This document shows positions 11,788 through 24,333 of a stretch of 46,337 bases of DNA, piece after piece (the stretch's first letter is position 1; each line of letters opens with the position of its first letter). This DNA is from Sphaerodactylus townsendi (Eukaryota). Under the pieces are notes generated by a model. That model worked only from the letters and a program-made list of their open reading frames with translations. It was not told the origin of the DNA and did not search any database. The stretch lies in NCBI RefSeq assembly GCF_021028975.2, contig NC_059441.1:6217664-6264000 (forward strand). Reading direction: 5' to 3'. Made by a program: the position numbers and the translations under genes.

Positions 11788-12918
11788 TCAGAATTCAAAA
11801 TGACCTGAACAGACGAGGGAGCTGGACCAAAGCTGACGAAATGAATCGTCTCCACCAAAAGAAGAATCACAGGAAAAGGGACAGAAAGGCTTGGGGTTCT
11901 GCATAACTCATCTTTTAAAGGACAGAGTGGAAACTGCACAGAAGTTGAAGAATTTTGTTGCAAGTCCACCCTTGTTGAGGGAAATCTTTATCAGTGCACC
12001 ATCTATTTGTACCATCTGCTCGGCAAACTGCCGGTCCTCTCCCAGGGGGAGAGGGGGTGGGAATCTTGGACACCGTCTACAATTGGGTTATGTTGCTACT
12101 GCATTTTAATGTATTTACTGTATTATTATTTGAATTATGTTGTTTGTTGTTTTGTATTGTTTGGTGGTTTTATTGTACACCCTTTGTGGGTGGGCAGTAT
12201 ACTAAGTTTAATAAATAAATATCAACAGAGATGAATGTAAGATTCTACACTTAGGCAGGAAAAATGAAATGCTCACATATAGGATGAGGGACACCTGGCT
12301 TGACAACAGTACATGCGAAAGGGATCTGGGAGTCCGAATAGACCACAAACAACATGAGTCAGCAAAGTGATGGGGCAGCCAAGAAAGCCAGTGCAATTCT
12401 GGGCTGCATCAATAAGAGGATATTATCTAGAGATTGAGGGGCGTAATAGTAGAACTCTATTCTGTGTAGGTTAGACCTCACCTGGAATCCTGTGTCCTGT
12501 TCTGGCACCACAGTTCAAGAAGAATGTTGACAAGCTGGAGTGTGTCCAGAGGAGAGCTACTGAAATGGAAAAAGGCCTGGAATCGATGTCCTACAAGGAG
12601 TAGCTTAGTGAGCTGGATATGTTGAGAGAAGAGAGGGCTAAGGTGTTGCATGATAGCCAGATTTAAATATTTGGAGGAATATCACATTGAAGAGGGAGCA
12701 AGCTGGTTTTCAACTGCTCCAGAGACTCTACGGTACAGGAAAATACCTAAACATTAGGAAGAACTTCTGGACGGTCAGGGATGTTCAACAGTGGAATACG
12801 CTGTCTCAGAGGGAGGTGGAGGTTTTTACGCAGGGCTGGATGGCCATCTGTCGGCAGTGCTTCGATTATGTGTTCCTGCATGGCAGGGGGTTGGTCTCTT
12901 CCAACTCTACGATTCCAT
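11788..12918 (+). mobile_element. CR1 LINE 3' fragment interrupted by a ~370-bp insertion (about 11848-12221) ending in (TAAA)n
   Basis: CR1 sequence tcagaattcaaaatgacc..aatgaat resumes at 12222 with tcaacagagat..; closely similar to 34870-35705. Confidence 0.85.
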
Positions 12919-13526
12919 GAAAATAAATAATTGATCACTGGCCGCAAAAAGTGAAAAATGCCAAGAAAAGTTGCTTGAGCCAAGTCAGTGTCAAAGATTT
13001 GTGGGGCCTGTTGATCTGCTTAGGGAGCCCCCCGCCCCGCCCCGTTCTCCCTCTCTTGCTCTGTGGCTTGCCTTGCATTTTCCCTCCGGGGTGACTTCAG
13101 GTCAGCAAGGCCCTCATCACCTGTGGCAGCTCAAGAGCCACCTGCCCCGAGAGGTGCTGCTGCTAAGCCCTCTATTTCTGCTGGGTAAGAGGGTTAACGG
13201 GGCAGATTTGGCTCCTGACATCATCCAGCGGAATGGCGAGTTTCACTGGGAGATCAGATGAGGGAAGGCCTCCCCCACCCTGGCCAATCGCAGGCCTGGA
13301 GAAAGCAGGAGGCGGCCGGCCACCCGCTGCCTCTCCAGCAATCTCTCTCTGCCCTCTGCCTGGAGGGCAGGGAGGTTGGGCAATGCCGCCAGGCTTCTGA
13401 TGCTCCTTCAACTGCATCGCTAGGCAGGGGCCTGGGCGACACACCCCAGAGCCAATGACGGGGGGTGCAGAGCAGCACCCCCAGGCTCTCCCCCAGGGAG
13501 CTGGGAACCTCAGGACCAGGGCAGGA

Positions 13527-16500
13527 ATGGTTCCAGCCTGCTGCGTGGCTCAGGTAAGCAAGGAGAAGGGGAGGGGGAGGGAGGCACCCAGAGCGTAGGA
13601 TGGTGTTGCTCCCTGGCCAGGGTGATTCGGTGAAGGAACCACCACCACCACGGCCAAGAGGAAGCTTGCTGAAGGAGGCCTTCCTTCCAACAGAGGCTCC
13701 AGGTTGATCGCGCCACTGCTGCTGTGAAGTCTTGGCGTGGAATCAGTGGAGGCGTGGCTTCCACGGGAGTGGGATTGGGGCCTTGGGGAGCCTGCTAGCA
13801 GGCAGAGAGGGAGTGGGTGTGACGTCTCGCGGGCCGGGCGAACCCTTCAATTGAGGCTGGATAGCAAAGATTGCCGGGGTGGCCTTGCTGGGCCAGAGCA
13901 GACTCCAGACTCCTGTCCAGCGTTCTTGCCTCCCGCTGTGGCTGGAGGAGAGCAGGAAAGGCTGGTCCTTCCCAGTGCACCCTGCAGCTACTTTTGGGGT
14001 GAGCAGCAGACGCTCAGGTGAGGCTCAGGGTCACGGCCCCCTCAGGCAAGCAACAAGGCAGCCAGTGGGTCGCATCCGTTCCCCTCCATTCACAGAACTC
14101 TCAGTCAGCAGGAAACGAAGAGCCCAGATCCTGCTTTACGCTGGTGCAGCTGACAAGGGAGCAGAGCAGCCGCGCGTCCGGAGACGAGGTTGAGCTCTGG
14201 CGATTGTTCCCACTGGATTTTCCTGTACGGGCAGGACAATCCAGGGATGAACAATCTCTGTCGTGCAATCGTTGTTTGAGATCTCATAGCAGTGTGTGGA
14301 TGGAGTTTTGACTGGTCTTGGGACTAGGGCCGTGGTGGCGAACCTTTGGCACTCCAGATGTTATGGACTACAATTCCCATCAGCCCCTTCCAGCATGGCC
14401 AATTGGCCATGCTGGCAGGGGCTCATGGGAATTGTAGTCCATAACATCTAGAGTGCCAAAGGTTCGCCACCACTGGACTAGGGTGTGGTGCGTTCCGGTG
14501 ATCTGAGGCACTTCCTTTCCTGAACTGGGGGAACTTCTCTGCCCAGCCGCTGCCCATGAAAGCTACAGCCAGGTGGGGCCCCTGATTGCTTCACTGGGGA
14601 AATCTGTGCGTACCCGAAAGAGCAGGTTCCAGGACCTGCTTCAGTGCAAGAAAGTTCTGCGCAGGAGAAGGCTGCAGCACTCACACACCAGCGTTCCAGG
14701 GCAAATTTGGGCACTTTGCGCTTGGGAGGCCCTGACTCCGAGGACTAACCTGCCAACCTGACCTGGCAAAGTATATTGGATGGTTAGAATCTCAGATGAT
14801 GCTTCCTGTTTCTTTGGCCGTTTCCCCACTTTTAAAATGACGCCCGTTTCGTCTGGTCCAGGACCTTTTTAGCGCGAGGGTCGTGTTCCCTGGGCTTCCC
14901 CACTGCCCCGCGCCCTGTGCAGGGTCATCAAAAGGCGCCGTTTTGAGCAGCGCCAGAATGACCCGTGCTGAGGGGGTGCAAGAGCAGCAGAGTCAGGGCG
15001 GCTGCCTTGTAGCCGCCCCTGTCGTGGGGAGTGCAGTTGGATCCCGCGCTACTCAGCGAGAGTAGCACGCAGCAAACAGTGAGTGGGGAAAGGGCCCTAG
15101 TCCTCCAGAGTTCCAGCATCTCTTCTCCAATCTAATGGCTGCCCCGCCCCGCCCGCCCCCGCTCAGTTTTCCCTCCGGCACTTCCTTAGCTACCCCAAGC
15201 CAGCTGCCTGCAGACAGTTGTGTCAGTGCTACTGTGCCTTGGTGTTGTTAAGTACCCCTTCCAGAGGGGCCCATCCAGATGTGCCCAACTGATGCTCTCC
15301 TGATGGATAACTGGATCCCCTCCTCCTGGGATCCCTGGGGTACTTGGGGTTTCCAGGTCATGGCTCTGCATGGGGTGGGGGTGTTGGTGTCTGTGGGGGA
15401 GGGGCTGCTTGTCCATCTTCCACGGCCACATCTGGCCAGGGCAGCAGTTAGGGTTGCACAGGGAGTGACTGCTGTGACTGGAGGGGTCAGTTTCACATTT
15501 GTCACCGTCCTGCTCAGTGGCCTGAGGCAAGCCCCTCCCTCGCAACCTCGGCCCCCACCTGCAGTATAGGGATAAAACTACCTGGTAGGGCTGGTGTGAA
15601 GATCATTTCCACAGCTAATTGAGTCATCAACTCAGGAAAGGGACACGGGTAAATTCAGATTTACCGAACTCAGGTTGGTGAATTGGGATAGTTCTCTTTT
15701 CCTCTGTTGCACCCTAACGACAATCCTGTGATGTAGGTAGGACTGGACTGAGGTTGCCCAGCAAGCTTTGTAGCAGACTATAGATTTGAACCTGAGCCTC
15801 TGCAGTCTCCCTCTAACCACTACACCACACTTGTTCCTGATTTTCTTATAAGGGCTTCCAGAGATATGAATCCCAAGCCAGTCCCCAGGAGACGTTTTGG
15901 ATGAGCCAAACCGCCCCTTTGGACTAGGATCAGAGGCTGTGTCTTCTTTTGGCTGCATTGCATCAGCATTGGGCCCCTGGCTCGAGGGCCTGGTTTTTCT
16001 CACAAGGGCCGTTAGGTCCCTGTTGCACAGTGTCCCTTCTGGGATTAGAGACCACCAGTAGGGCTGTTTTAGCCAGGGAGTCACCCAGCCCAGCATCCCT
16101 ACCGGCCCGCGATTCTGCTTCCTGACGTCTTGGATTCTGAGAGCCTTGCTGCCACCAAGCCATCTTCCCCTGCCGCCACCCCCCCAGCCTCCGTGGGCCC
16201 AATTACAGATGGCAGAGAAGGGCTCAGCTCCCCTGGAAGGAAGGCATAGGAAGACGATCACATAAGCCCATTAGCAGGGACTTAAACCCTCCTCTTGGCA
16301 GCCAGATGGGCCAGGCAAGCAGGTGGTTGAGGCCGAGCCTGTTGGGCAGGTCTGGGAATCATTGCGACGTTGGGCCTGGGTGAAAAAGAGGCATCCCAGG
16401 AACGTGTCTGATTCCAGGAAAACAGGAGGAAGAGAAGACACAAAACCTGCCAGCAGCACGGAGGAGAATAAAGCAAAGGAGTAAGAATGCGAGCGTGGGT

Positions 16501-19019
16501 CCTTTCCACGTGGCCAGGCTGGGAGGGCACGCACGGATTCCCAGCCTCTCTTTGGTCTGTTCTCTGCAAGTGAGGGCTAACAAGGTGCAACAGGCTGCTG
16601 GCGGGAAGCCGGCGGCACCCGCAGATGTCTGAGCCACGGGGCATTTTTGGAAACGGCTGACCCGCCCTCGCACTCCTTGCACTCGGGACAAATCCGTCTG
16701 CAGCAGCCTCCCCCAGGAATTGGCCTTCCCTGCAGGAGGCCTGGAATGTTTTGTGCCATTTGCCTCGTGGCCTGATGGGGCGCTGGCTCAGCCACATTCT
16801 CCTGTGGCTGTCATGGAACCCTGTGGCAATTGAAGGGGGGGGGGCTTGCCTTCCCCACCGCCCCAGCAGCAGGTGGTGGCTGAGCCTCCCAATCCTCCCC
16901 TAATCCCTGAGAAGACATAGAGTTGCTGGGCTCTCCCCCCACCATACAGGGTTATGTCCTGGAGCTTGTAGGGTGGGCTGTCGGGGGTCTTGGCCCAGGA
17001 CCTCCCGTTTCCCATCCGGGTCCACTCTCCTTTGTTCAGGTGCTGAGGCACACATTTGCTTGCAAGGTGGTGTGTTACCTAGTCAGCTGGTCTGCCTGCC
17101 TTGGGAACTGGGAGACCCGGGGGGGGGGCTTCCTGGCCCCCAAAGAAAGATCGAGCAGGACCAGCCCCCCACCCGCACAACCGGGCCTTTGTCCTTTCCC
17201 CTGCTCAGATCTGCTGCTGCTGTGGCCCCGCTCCCTGCGGCTCGTCCTGCCCCTGCTGCCGCATCAGGGTGTCCACTGGCACACGGCTGCTCTACGTGCT
17301 CTTCCACGTCTTGGCGTGCGCCGTCTGCTGCTTCATGCTCTCCCGCACTGTGGTGGAAGCCATCAAGGAGAAGGTGAGTGAGGGCAAAGGGGGGGGGCCT
17401 GAAGGGGGAGCACGGTCTCTCAAGTGCACCGGCAAGCGCCCACCGGCCCAGGGCCAGGCTGCTGCTGCTGCTCCCCCCCGGGGCGGGGGGGCTTGTCTGC
17501 TGCTGGCGGGATGACGGCATCCTCTGCTCTTCCTTGTAGCAGCGCTGAGCCCCAGCCTCCCAAGGCAGCCTTTGCCAGCCCCCCCCCCCCCGCCTGGCCC
17601 CCTTTCTGCCCAGCCGTCGGGCCCTTGGCGATCTTTGGGGCGCTGTGCAGCTGGCCTCAGGCAGCCTCTCCCCACACTCTCAGGTGCCTCTTTACGCTGT
17701 GCTGTGCGAACATCTCCCAGGGGGCAGCGACTGTGACATCCTGGTGGGCTACTCCGCCGTCTACAGAATCTGCTTCGGCACCGCCTGCTTCTACCTGGGC
17801 CAGGCGGCCCTCCTGATCAACGTCAAATCCAGCACCAACGGCCGGGCCCTGCTGCATAACGGGTGAGGGGGGACAAAAGCCCCCGGGGGTGGGGAGGGGA
17901 GGGGCCATGAGGCCTCCCGGTCCAAGGCCAGCCTGCCTGTTCATGGGCTCCGGGTCTGTTGCAGGTTCTGGTTCCTGAAGCTTCTGCTGCTGGTGGTGCT
18001 GTGGGCAGCAGCCTTCTTCATTCCCGACCAGCGCTTCATCCGAGGTACCCCCTCCCCACGTCTGCAGTGCGAGGGACACGGGCCTCATGGTAGAGAAGGC
18101 AGCCGGGCCGGGGGGGCGGGGCGGGCGGCAACAGGGAGGAGCAGCCCAGGGCAGCGGGCTCAGCTGTGTCGGGACCCTGACGCCCTCCTGTGCTTTTGCC
18201 CCTGCAGCCTGGCACTTGGTGGGCATCTGCGGGGGCTTTGCCTTCATCCTGGTGCAGCTGGTGCTGATCACAGCCTTTGCCCACACCTGGAACAAGAACT
18301 GGTGAGTTCCCGGGAGGCCCCCAAAGGAGGAGGAGGAGGAGGAGGAGGAAGCTGCTGGGCAAAGGAGGGAGGGGGTCGAGGAGCCCTCCTAACGCGAGAC
18401 TCCCCTTGCCAGGCTGACGGGCGCCTCCGGAGACAAGCGCTGGTGCCTGGCGGTGCTGCTGACCACGCTGGGCTTTTACCTCGTGGCCTCCATGGCCTAC
18501 ACCTTCCTGTACAAGTTCTACACCCACCCGGGCGGCTGCGTCCTCAACAAGGGGCTGTTGGCCTTCAACGGCTGCCTGTGCCTCCTCCTGTCCTTTGTCT
18601 CCGTCACGCCCTGCGTCCGCCTCCGTGAGTGCCGTGGGGACGGGGGGAGGGGGGTGGGTGTCCTTGTGGCCCTGCGGGGGCCACAACCTCAGACTGAGAC
18701 CTGCAGCGAGCGAAACCGGGGATGCTCCGAGAGCTCAGTTTCTGAAGGGCAAAGAGGGGTCAAGACCCCTCCTCTGCAGCTCACTCTCCCAGCAGCCAGG
18801 CCGCCACAGTGGCCGTGCTCCGAGCTGCCCCCTTCTTCGTTCAGTTCTCCTTCTACCTGCGCGTGTCGTGTGACTGAGCATCCCCCGGGGATGACCAGAC
18901 TGATCAGTTCCAAAGGCAAGACTGGGGTATATATTCTTCGACAAAGGCTGCTTCTGTAGGGAACCTCAGAGCTGGCGGGAGCAGGTAGGAACAGCTGCCC
19001 CCTGCTGTGTCCTTGTACT

Positions 19020-19073
<54 letters not shown>

Positions 19074-22000
19074 GAGCTTGGAGAGGCCTGGTGGCCTCCC
19101 ATAAGCATAAGCATTTTATTGTCATTGTGCACGCACAACGAAATTTACAGCAGCATTCCTCGATGCACACAATTTCAGACTCATACCCCGTCCTCACTTT
19201 CCCCTTCCTCCACCCACCCCTACACACATCAACACGAAGCCGCGGAGTTCAGCATAGCCACAGCTCTAGAGTAGAAGCTGTCTCTAAGCCTCTTTGTCCT
19301 AGTTTTGATAGACCTGTATCGTCTGCCGGATGGTCACAGTTCGAAAAGAGAGTGTGCTGGAGGAGACGGGTATCTCAGAATATTTTGGGAATTATAGAGT
19401 TCTTCCAAGGAGGGGAGAGGGCAGCCGATAATTCTCTAAGCAGTAGTGATCACCCTTTAGCGCCTTCCTGCCACTGGGCAACTGGAGAACCATACACGGA
19501 TGCAGTGGGTTAAGACACTCTCTATAGCACAGCGGTAAAAGGACACCAGGAGTTTTCCATTCAGTTGTTGTTTCCTTAAAAGTCTCAGATAGTACAGTCT
19601 TTGCCCCTCCTTTGGTCTGACTCCAAGAGGAAAGCCCCAGGAGGTCCACAAGGCACACTCCACGTGAGTTTACAGGACGTTCTCACCTCCGGGGGGGGGG
19701 GGTCTTCCACGAGAGATCTCTGTGTGGAAGTGACGGTGGGAAAGGCCTGAGTCAAAGATGATGGACAGCGTGAGAGTTGGGCAGAACATTCAGGAGGCCT
19801 CCAGGCACTCCTCTGTGATGGATCTGGTTGCAAACGTTGTCTTATTTTGCTGTGTGTCTCTGGCTAGCAGGTGGGGTGAGAAGAGAAGGTCGGCAGCGGG
19901 CGTCCGGATTAGCAGCACACATTCTCAACAGTCAAGTCTGTTGAGGAAAAACAAGCAATATGCGCCAGAAAGCTCTTGTTGGTTTTCTGATTATTTTGAT
20001 TAAATTGTAGGTATATCAGAGCAAATCCAATCAGCCATCAACAATATGCATGAAGAAAAAGAGAAAACAAATACACATGTTCATAACATGTAGAAGACAA
20101 TGACACCCACACACCCACACACCCACATTTCACTGCTTTCTGTGAGAAGAAATCTCTTTCTGGCCCAGGGAACAGCTGGGGGGGGGGCAGGAGAGGCTCT
20201 TGGGGAGGGGCTGTGCAGCTGGGGTTGCATTCCAGAAGAGGTACCCCGTGGCTGCGGAGACCAAGGGGGGGGGGGGCGAGGGCTGGGACTTCTTGCCACG
20301 CCTGCTTCAGGCTAAAGCCCCTTCTTCAGACGTTTGCAGGGTGCCTCTTGACGGCCCCGTGGGCGGGTGGGGGGCGGGGGCTTGACTCTTTCCCTCTCTG
20401 CTCCCAGGACCATCCAGTTCTGGTCCCCTGCAGGCCTCCATCATCTGCTGCTACATCATGTACCTGACCTTCTCCGCCCTCTCCAGCCGGCCTCCGGAGA
20501 AAGGTCCGTGTCGCCCCCCCCCTCCCCGCTTTGCCTCCCGGGGGAGCTTCGAGGGGCGAGACCCTCAGAACTGCTCACGGTTCCTGTTTTTCGCCCACAG
20601 TGCAGTACCAGGGCCAAAATGTCACCATTTGCTTCCCCAGCATCGGCAAGGACGGGATGCAGACGGAAGACACGGTGGTGGCGGTGCTGGGGGCAGGAGT
20701 CATGTACGTCTGTGTCCTCTTTGCCTGGTGGGTACTGGCTGCGTTTCCTGGAGGGCTCTGATCACCAGGGAGAAGGGCCAGAGGTGGCCGGATGGGGGGC
20801 TGGATGAAGAATCCGTAGCCATCTCTCCCCACCCCCACCGTCACTCCACAGCATGAGGGAGAGGGAGGGAGGAGGCAGGGCGGAGTCCTCCCCCTGGAGA
20901 GGGGCTCCCTTGCACTACCCACTGCCGTCCCCACCAGGGCTGCGTTTTCAGTCTGGGAACATCTGCAGAACTGACCCCTACCCCGCCCCCTTGCTGGGCG
21001 GCCTGCTGAGCTGCAGAGAGGCCGGCCAGCTGGGAAACCTGTCGGAACGAGCTCTGACGGGATGCTGGAGTCCTGGAGCAGGGGGCAGGAAGGTCCTTGT
21101 GCCAAGTCGCGCAGTGGTGGGGGTGAGGGGGAGGCTTTGCGCGCCTGTGGCTGCTGCCGCCACCGTCTTCATGTTCCCCCTCCTTCTTCTCTGGCTGCAG
21201 CAACGAAGCGTCTCTCCTGGCAGAGATATTTGGGCCTCTGTGGATGATCAAGATCTACAGCGTGGAATTTAAGGTGAGCTGTGGGTGAGGTCAGCAGTTC
21301 CTGTTTGGGAAATACCCCAAATGTTGGGGGCGGAGCCTGAGGAGAGTGGGGGTTGGGGAAGGGAGGGGAGGGGAAGGTGCGGCATAATGCCACAGAGGTC
21401 ACCTTCCAATGTGGCTGTTTGACCTTTGTCACCCGGAGAGCAGCTGTAAAAGCACGAGAACTCCAGCCACTACCTGGAGGTTGGCAACGGTGTACAATAG
21501 CCACTGTCTTCTTTGGCGTAGGGCGGGAAGGTCCTCCTGGAGCTGCCTGCTGGTCTTTGTGGTTGATGCCGGAGGGTTTAGGGTCCAAGGCAGCGCCTGG
21601 AGCTGCTTCTGCGACCTTTATTTTCATCCATGTGGATAATGTGTGGATCCCCCTGAATTAAACTTGCCAATGGCTCCTTCCGCACATGCAGAATAATGCA
21701 CTTTCAAACTGCTTTCAATGCTCTTTGAAGCTGTGCGGAATAGCAAAATCCACTTGCAAACAGTTGTGAAAGTGGTTTGAAAACGCATTATTCTGCGTGT
21801 GCGAAAGGGGCCAATGTGGGTCGAATCCTGCATCCCTCGCCGTTTGCACAGATGGTTCAAAATGGGGATGTGTCATTGTACCAGCCAAAAACTGGCGCCT
21901 GGTTTCCTTGGCTCCCAGAACAAGCGCTGCTCCCCGCGGGGTTGAGCCCCATCCTGGCCCCACCTGTTGCTGCCCTGAGCCGTGCTCTCTCTTCCTTGCA

Positions 22001-22758
22001 GAACCCCTCCTGCTTTTTCTGTTGCCAGGACCGGACGGAAGAGGATCTGGCAGGTGAGGCCCTGTGAGTCCCGGAGGAGCCAGCCAGGCTTTCCCTTCTG
22101 CAGGCGAAGGAGCCGCCGTGCGCGCCCTCTCTCCCCCGGAGACTCTGCTCCCTTTTCCTGGCCCCGGGGCAAGATTCCTCCCTGCCCGAAATGAGGCACC
22201 CACGAGAGCCAGGCCGGCTGGCCGGCTGGGAGTCCTCTGAGACTGGATCTGTGTGATGCGGAGGTGGCTTTTTTGTCCCTGGTACAGAGTCTGCAGGGTC
22301 TTCTGGGGGCCACAACGAATCCGACCGCGTCATCTACAGCTACTCAGCCTTCCACTTTGTGTTCTTCCTGGCCTCGCTGTATGTCATGATGACCCTCACC
22401 AACTGGTTCAGGTAGGGGCGCCTCCTGCCCACTTCCCCCCCTGTGCAGCCAAGCCCCTCTGCAGTGGGCTTCCTGTGCTCCGGCCTTCGGCTGCACACCT
22501 GCCCAGGAAGGCTGCTGTAGCTCTAGCTCTCTCTGCAGCTATGAGGATGCGGAGCTGGAAACCACCTTCACGCACGGCAGCTGGTCGACCTTCTGGGTCA
22601 AGGTGGCATCTGGCTGGGCCTGCATCCTGCTCTACTTCTGGCTTCTCCTGGCTCCTCTCTGCCTTCCGGGCTCCCACCAGCGCCACCCCAACAACCCTGC
22701 GCAGCGCATCGTACGGAGGCGGCGGCGTGCGCTCCACCGTGTCAGCGTGGCTACGTAG
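13527..22758 (+). CDS. SERINC4: Serine incorporator 4 (SERINC/TDE membrane protein), about 482 aa, 12 coding exons
   Basis: Exons 13527-13553 (MVPACCVAQ, Kozak GGAATGG, donor CAG|GTAAGC; less certain than the rest), 17209-17373, 17684-17862, 17965-18044, 18208-18301, 18413-18624, 20408-20503, 20601-20727, 21201-21273, 22002-22053, 22288-22411, 22539-22758; phases consistent. Motifs [70 protein letters not shown]. Head-to-head with HYPK as in human. AATAAA at 23306-23311. Confidence 0.93.
14330..14475. mobile_element. Complete 146-bp palindromic hAT MITE with 8-bp TSD, in SERINC4 intron 1
   Basis: Near-perfect inverted repeat over its whole length, centred on tggccaattggcca; TSD gactaggg at 14322-14329 and 14476-14483. 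Confidence 0.93.
15690..15830 (-). mobile_element. Degraded tRNA-derived SINE
   Basis: caatcctgtgatgtaggt...gatttgaacc...ctaaccactacacc resembles the SINE at 43582-43960. Confidence 0.55.
19021..19070. repeat. (CT)n microsatellite, about 25 units
   Basis: Read directly from the sequence. Confidence 0.97.
19101..19980 (-). mobile_element. Rex1/Babar-type non-LTR retrotransposon fragment (internally deleted) in SERINC4 intron 6
   Basis: Minus frame [40 protein letters not shown] is the typical Rex-Babar RT C-terminal motif; short tandem tail ataagcataagcattttatt at the left boundary. Right boundary is approximate. Confidence 0.75.
21672..21812. mobile_element. 141-bp MITE with ~28-bp TIRs and 3-bp TSD (PIF/Harbinger-like)
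   Basis: ggctccttccgcacatgcagaataatgc ... gcattattctgcgtgtgcgaaaggggcc, flanked by aat at 21669-21671 and 21813-21815. Confidence 0.8.
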
Positions 22759-24333
22759 CCTCGGGCTGGAGGCCATTGTCCGTGCCACGCTCTGCCGTGG
22801 GCTGACCCCCTGACCGGATTGCCTGAGGCAGACATCGAGAGAGGTGCCGGGGAGAGACCGATCCCCAAAGGGTTTCTACCGGATGGGCTTGGCAGCGCCA
22901 CCAGTGTCTGCCAGGGACACGGATGTTGCCCCCCACGGGGCTCCTGGTCACAGCGAGAGGAGCCAGCAAAACGTGCCGGGATGGTGAGGAGGGACGTGGC
23001 TGGGGTGGGGAGTGACTCCGGAGCTGCTGGAGCAAGGAAAGTCGGACTGATGCGGCGCCTGGAGCGAGGGCAAGGGCTGCGTGCAGAGCCACCAGAGCAG
23101 GAGCACTGTCTTCCACCACGAGCCGGCCTCTTCAGTGAGGGGGACGGGGCCCGGTTGAGGGACGGCCGTCTTCTTCCACCCAGGAGCACTTGTGCTGGTG
23201 GAAGGCCCATCCTGCCTCGCGGAGAAGCAGAGTGCAGAACCGGACCCCTGATCTGCAGGAGAGGGAGGCCGGAGGCTGCCTGGGACGGGGTGTGCTGGTC
23301 ACGCCAATAAAGGCTTGCTCTGTTCTCCTGCTCCGGAATGTCTCCTCTTCCATCTTTCCCCTGGTGCCTGGAGCGGAGGGGGTGGCTTCCCAGCATCCAT
23401 GGGTCCACGGGTCCACTCGCCTCGTCATCCTGCCCCACAGCAGAGTCTATTATTTGGGGCTCCCCAGGGTTTTATGGTCTGGCGGGCAGGGTCCTTCCGA
23501 CAATCCAAGCAAAGGGAGACAGGGAAAACCTGAGGCTAGTCAGAGAGGGCCGGGGCCCCCTTCCCAGCTCTGGCAACCTCTCAGGGCAGCAGGGGGAGGG
23601 GGCAGATAAGCGGGCTCACTTGGCTTCCTGGGGCAGGGAGGGCCTAATCCTATCAGGGCATTAAGTAACACCACAAAGCTCCAGGCCGTCTGCTCCAAGC
23701 CAATTAGCTCCAAGCGGATTCTCTGCTGCTTCTGTTTCAAAGCCAGCCTGCTTCTTCCCATTTCACTGTTCCCGTTTCCCCAAAGAACCCTCGAAACAGA
23801 AGCCGTGAAAAGCATCTGGACATGACGTCTTCACTGGGTTACAGTTTCTGACCAGCTGGATGAGCTTACCAAGGAGGGGGCAGGCGGATGGGTCAGAGCT
23901 GCACTTGTTGCCCTGGCTGGCCACGGGGCACAGGGAGGGAGGGTCTTCCCGCAGTCCCTCCCAAAGCATTGGCAGCAGAGCCCTTCACGGGATTCCCTTC
24001 TGGAGGGGCTGCAGCCCTCTTCCTTGGGAGGAGCGAGTCCCTTGACCGGAACATGGTGGTGGAGGGATAGGAATCATTGGAGAAAAACCAAAAGGCTCAA
24101 AGAGGAGGTGGAGTGCAGCCGGACGTGAGAAGAGAGTTTGTTGTCAGAAAATACTGGAGGAGGAAGAGGAGGAGGAGGAGGAGGGGGAGGAGGGTGGTGA
24201 CGGCCCAGTGGGAAGTATCTGGCTGAGGTTTTGTGATTGGAATCTATAGACCTGCCGTCCTGGGTGAGCAGGAGGATGCTGCCTCCTTGAACAGCCTGGC
24301 GGGATCCAAACCACAGGCCCTGGAGTGCCTAGA

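Noticed and set aside
14330-14475. Recurrent palindromic ~146-bp sequence as a CRISPR array or a pre-miRNA gene
   Set aside because: Copies are dispersed, have TIRs and 8-bp TSDs and no spacers; this is a eukaryotic MITE. A miRNA call would need small-RNA data.
22104-22240. Extra SERINC4 exon after a good acceptor at 22103
   Set aside because: It would need a 50-nt intron, and the frame hits a stop with no suitable donor; exons 10 and 11 already join in phase.
22632-23609. Long ORFs (up to 268 aa) over the SERINC4 3' UTR
   Set aside because: No domain similarity; composition typical of a GC-rich UTR.
23700-23790. Minus-strand LKQKQQR peptide as a SERF2 remnant
   Set aside because: Similarity limited to a few K/Q residues; no splice context and no other SERF2 exons.
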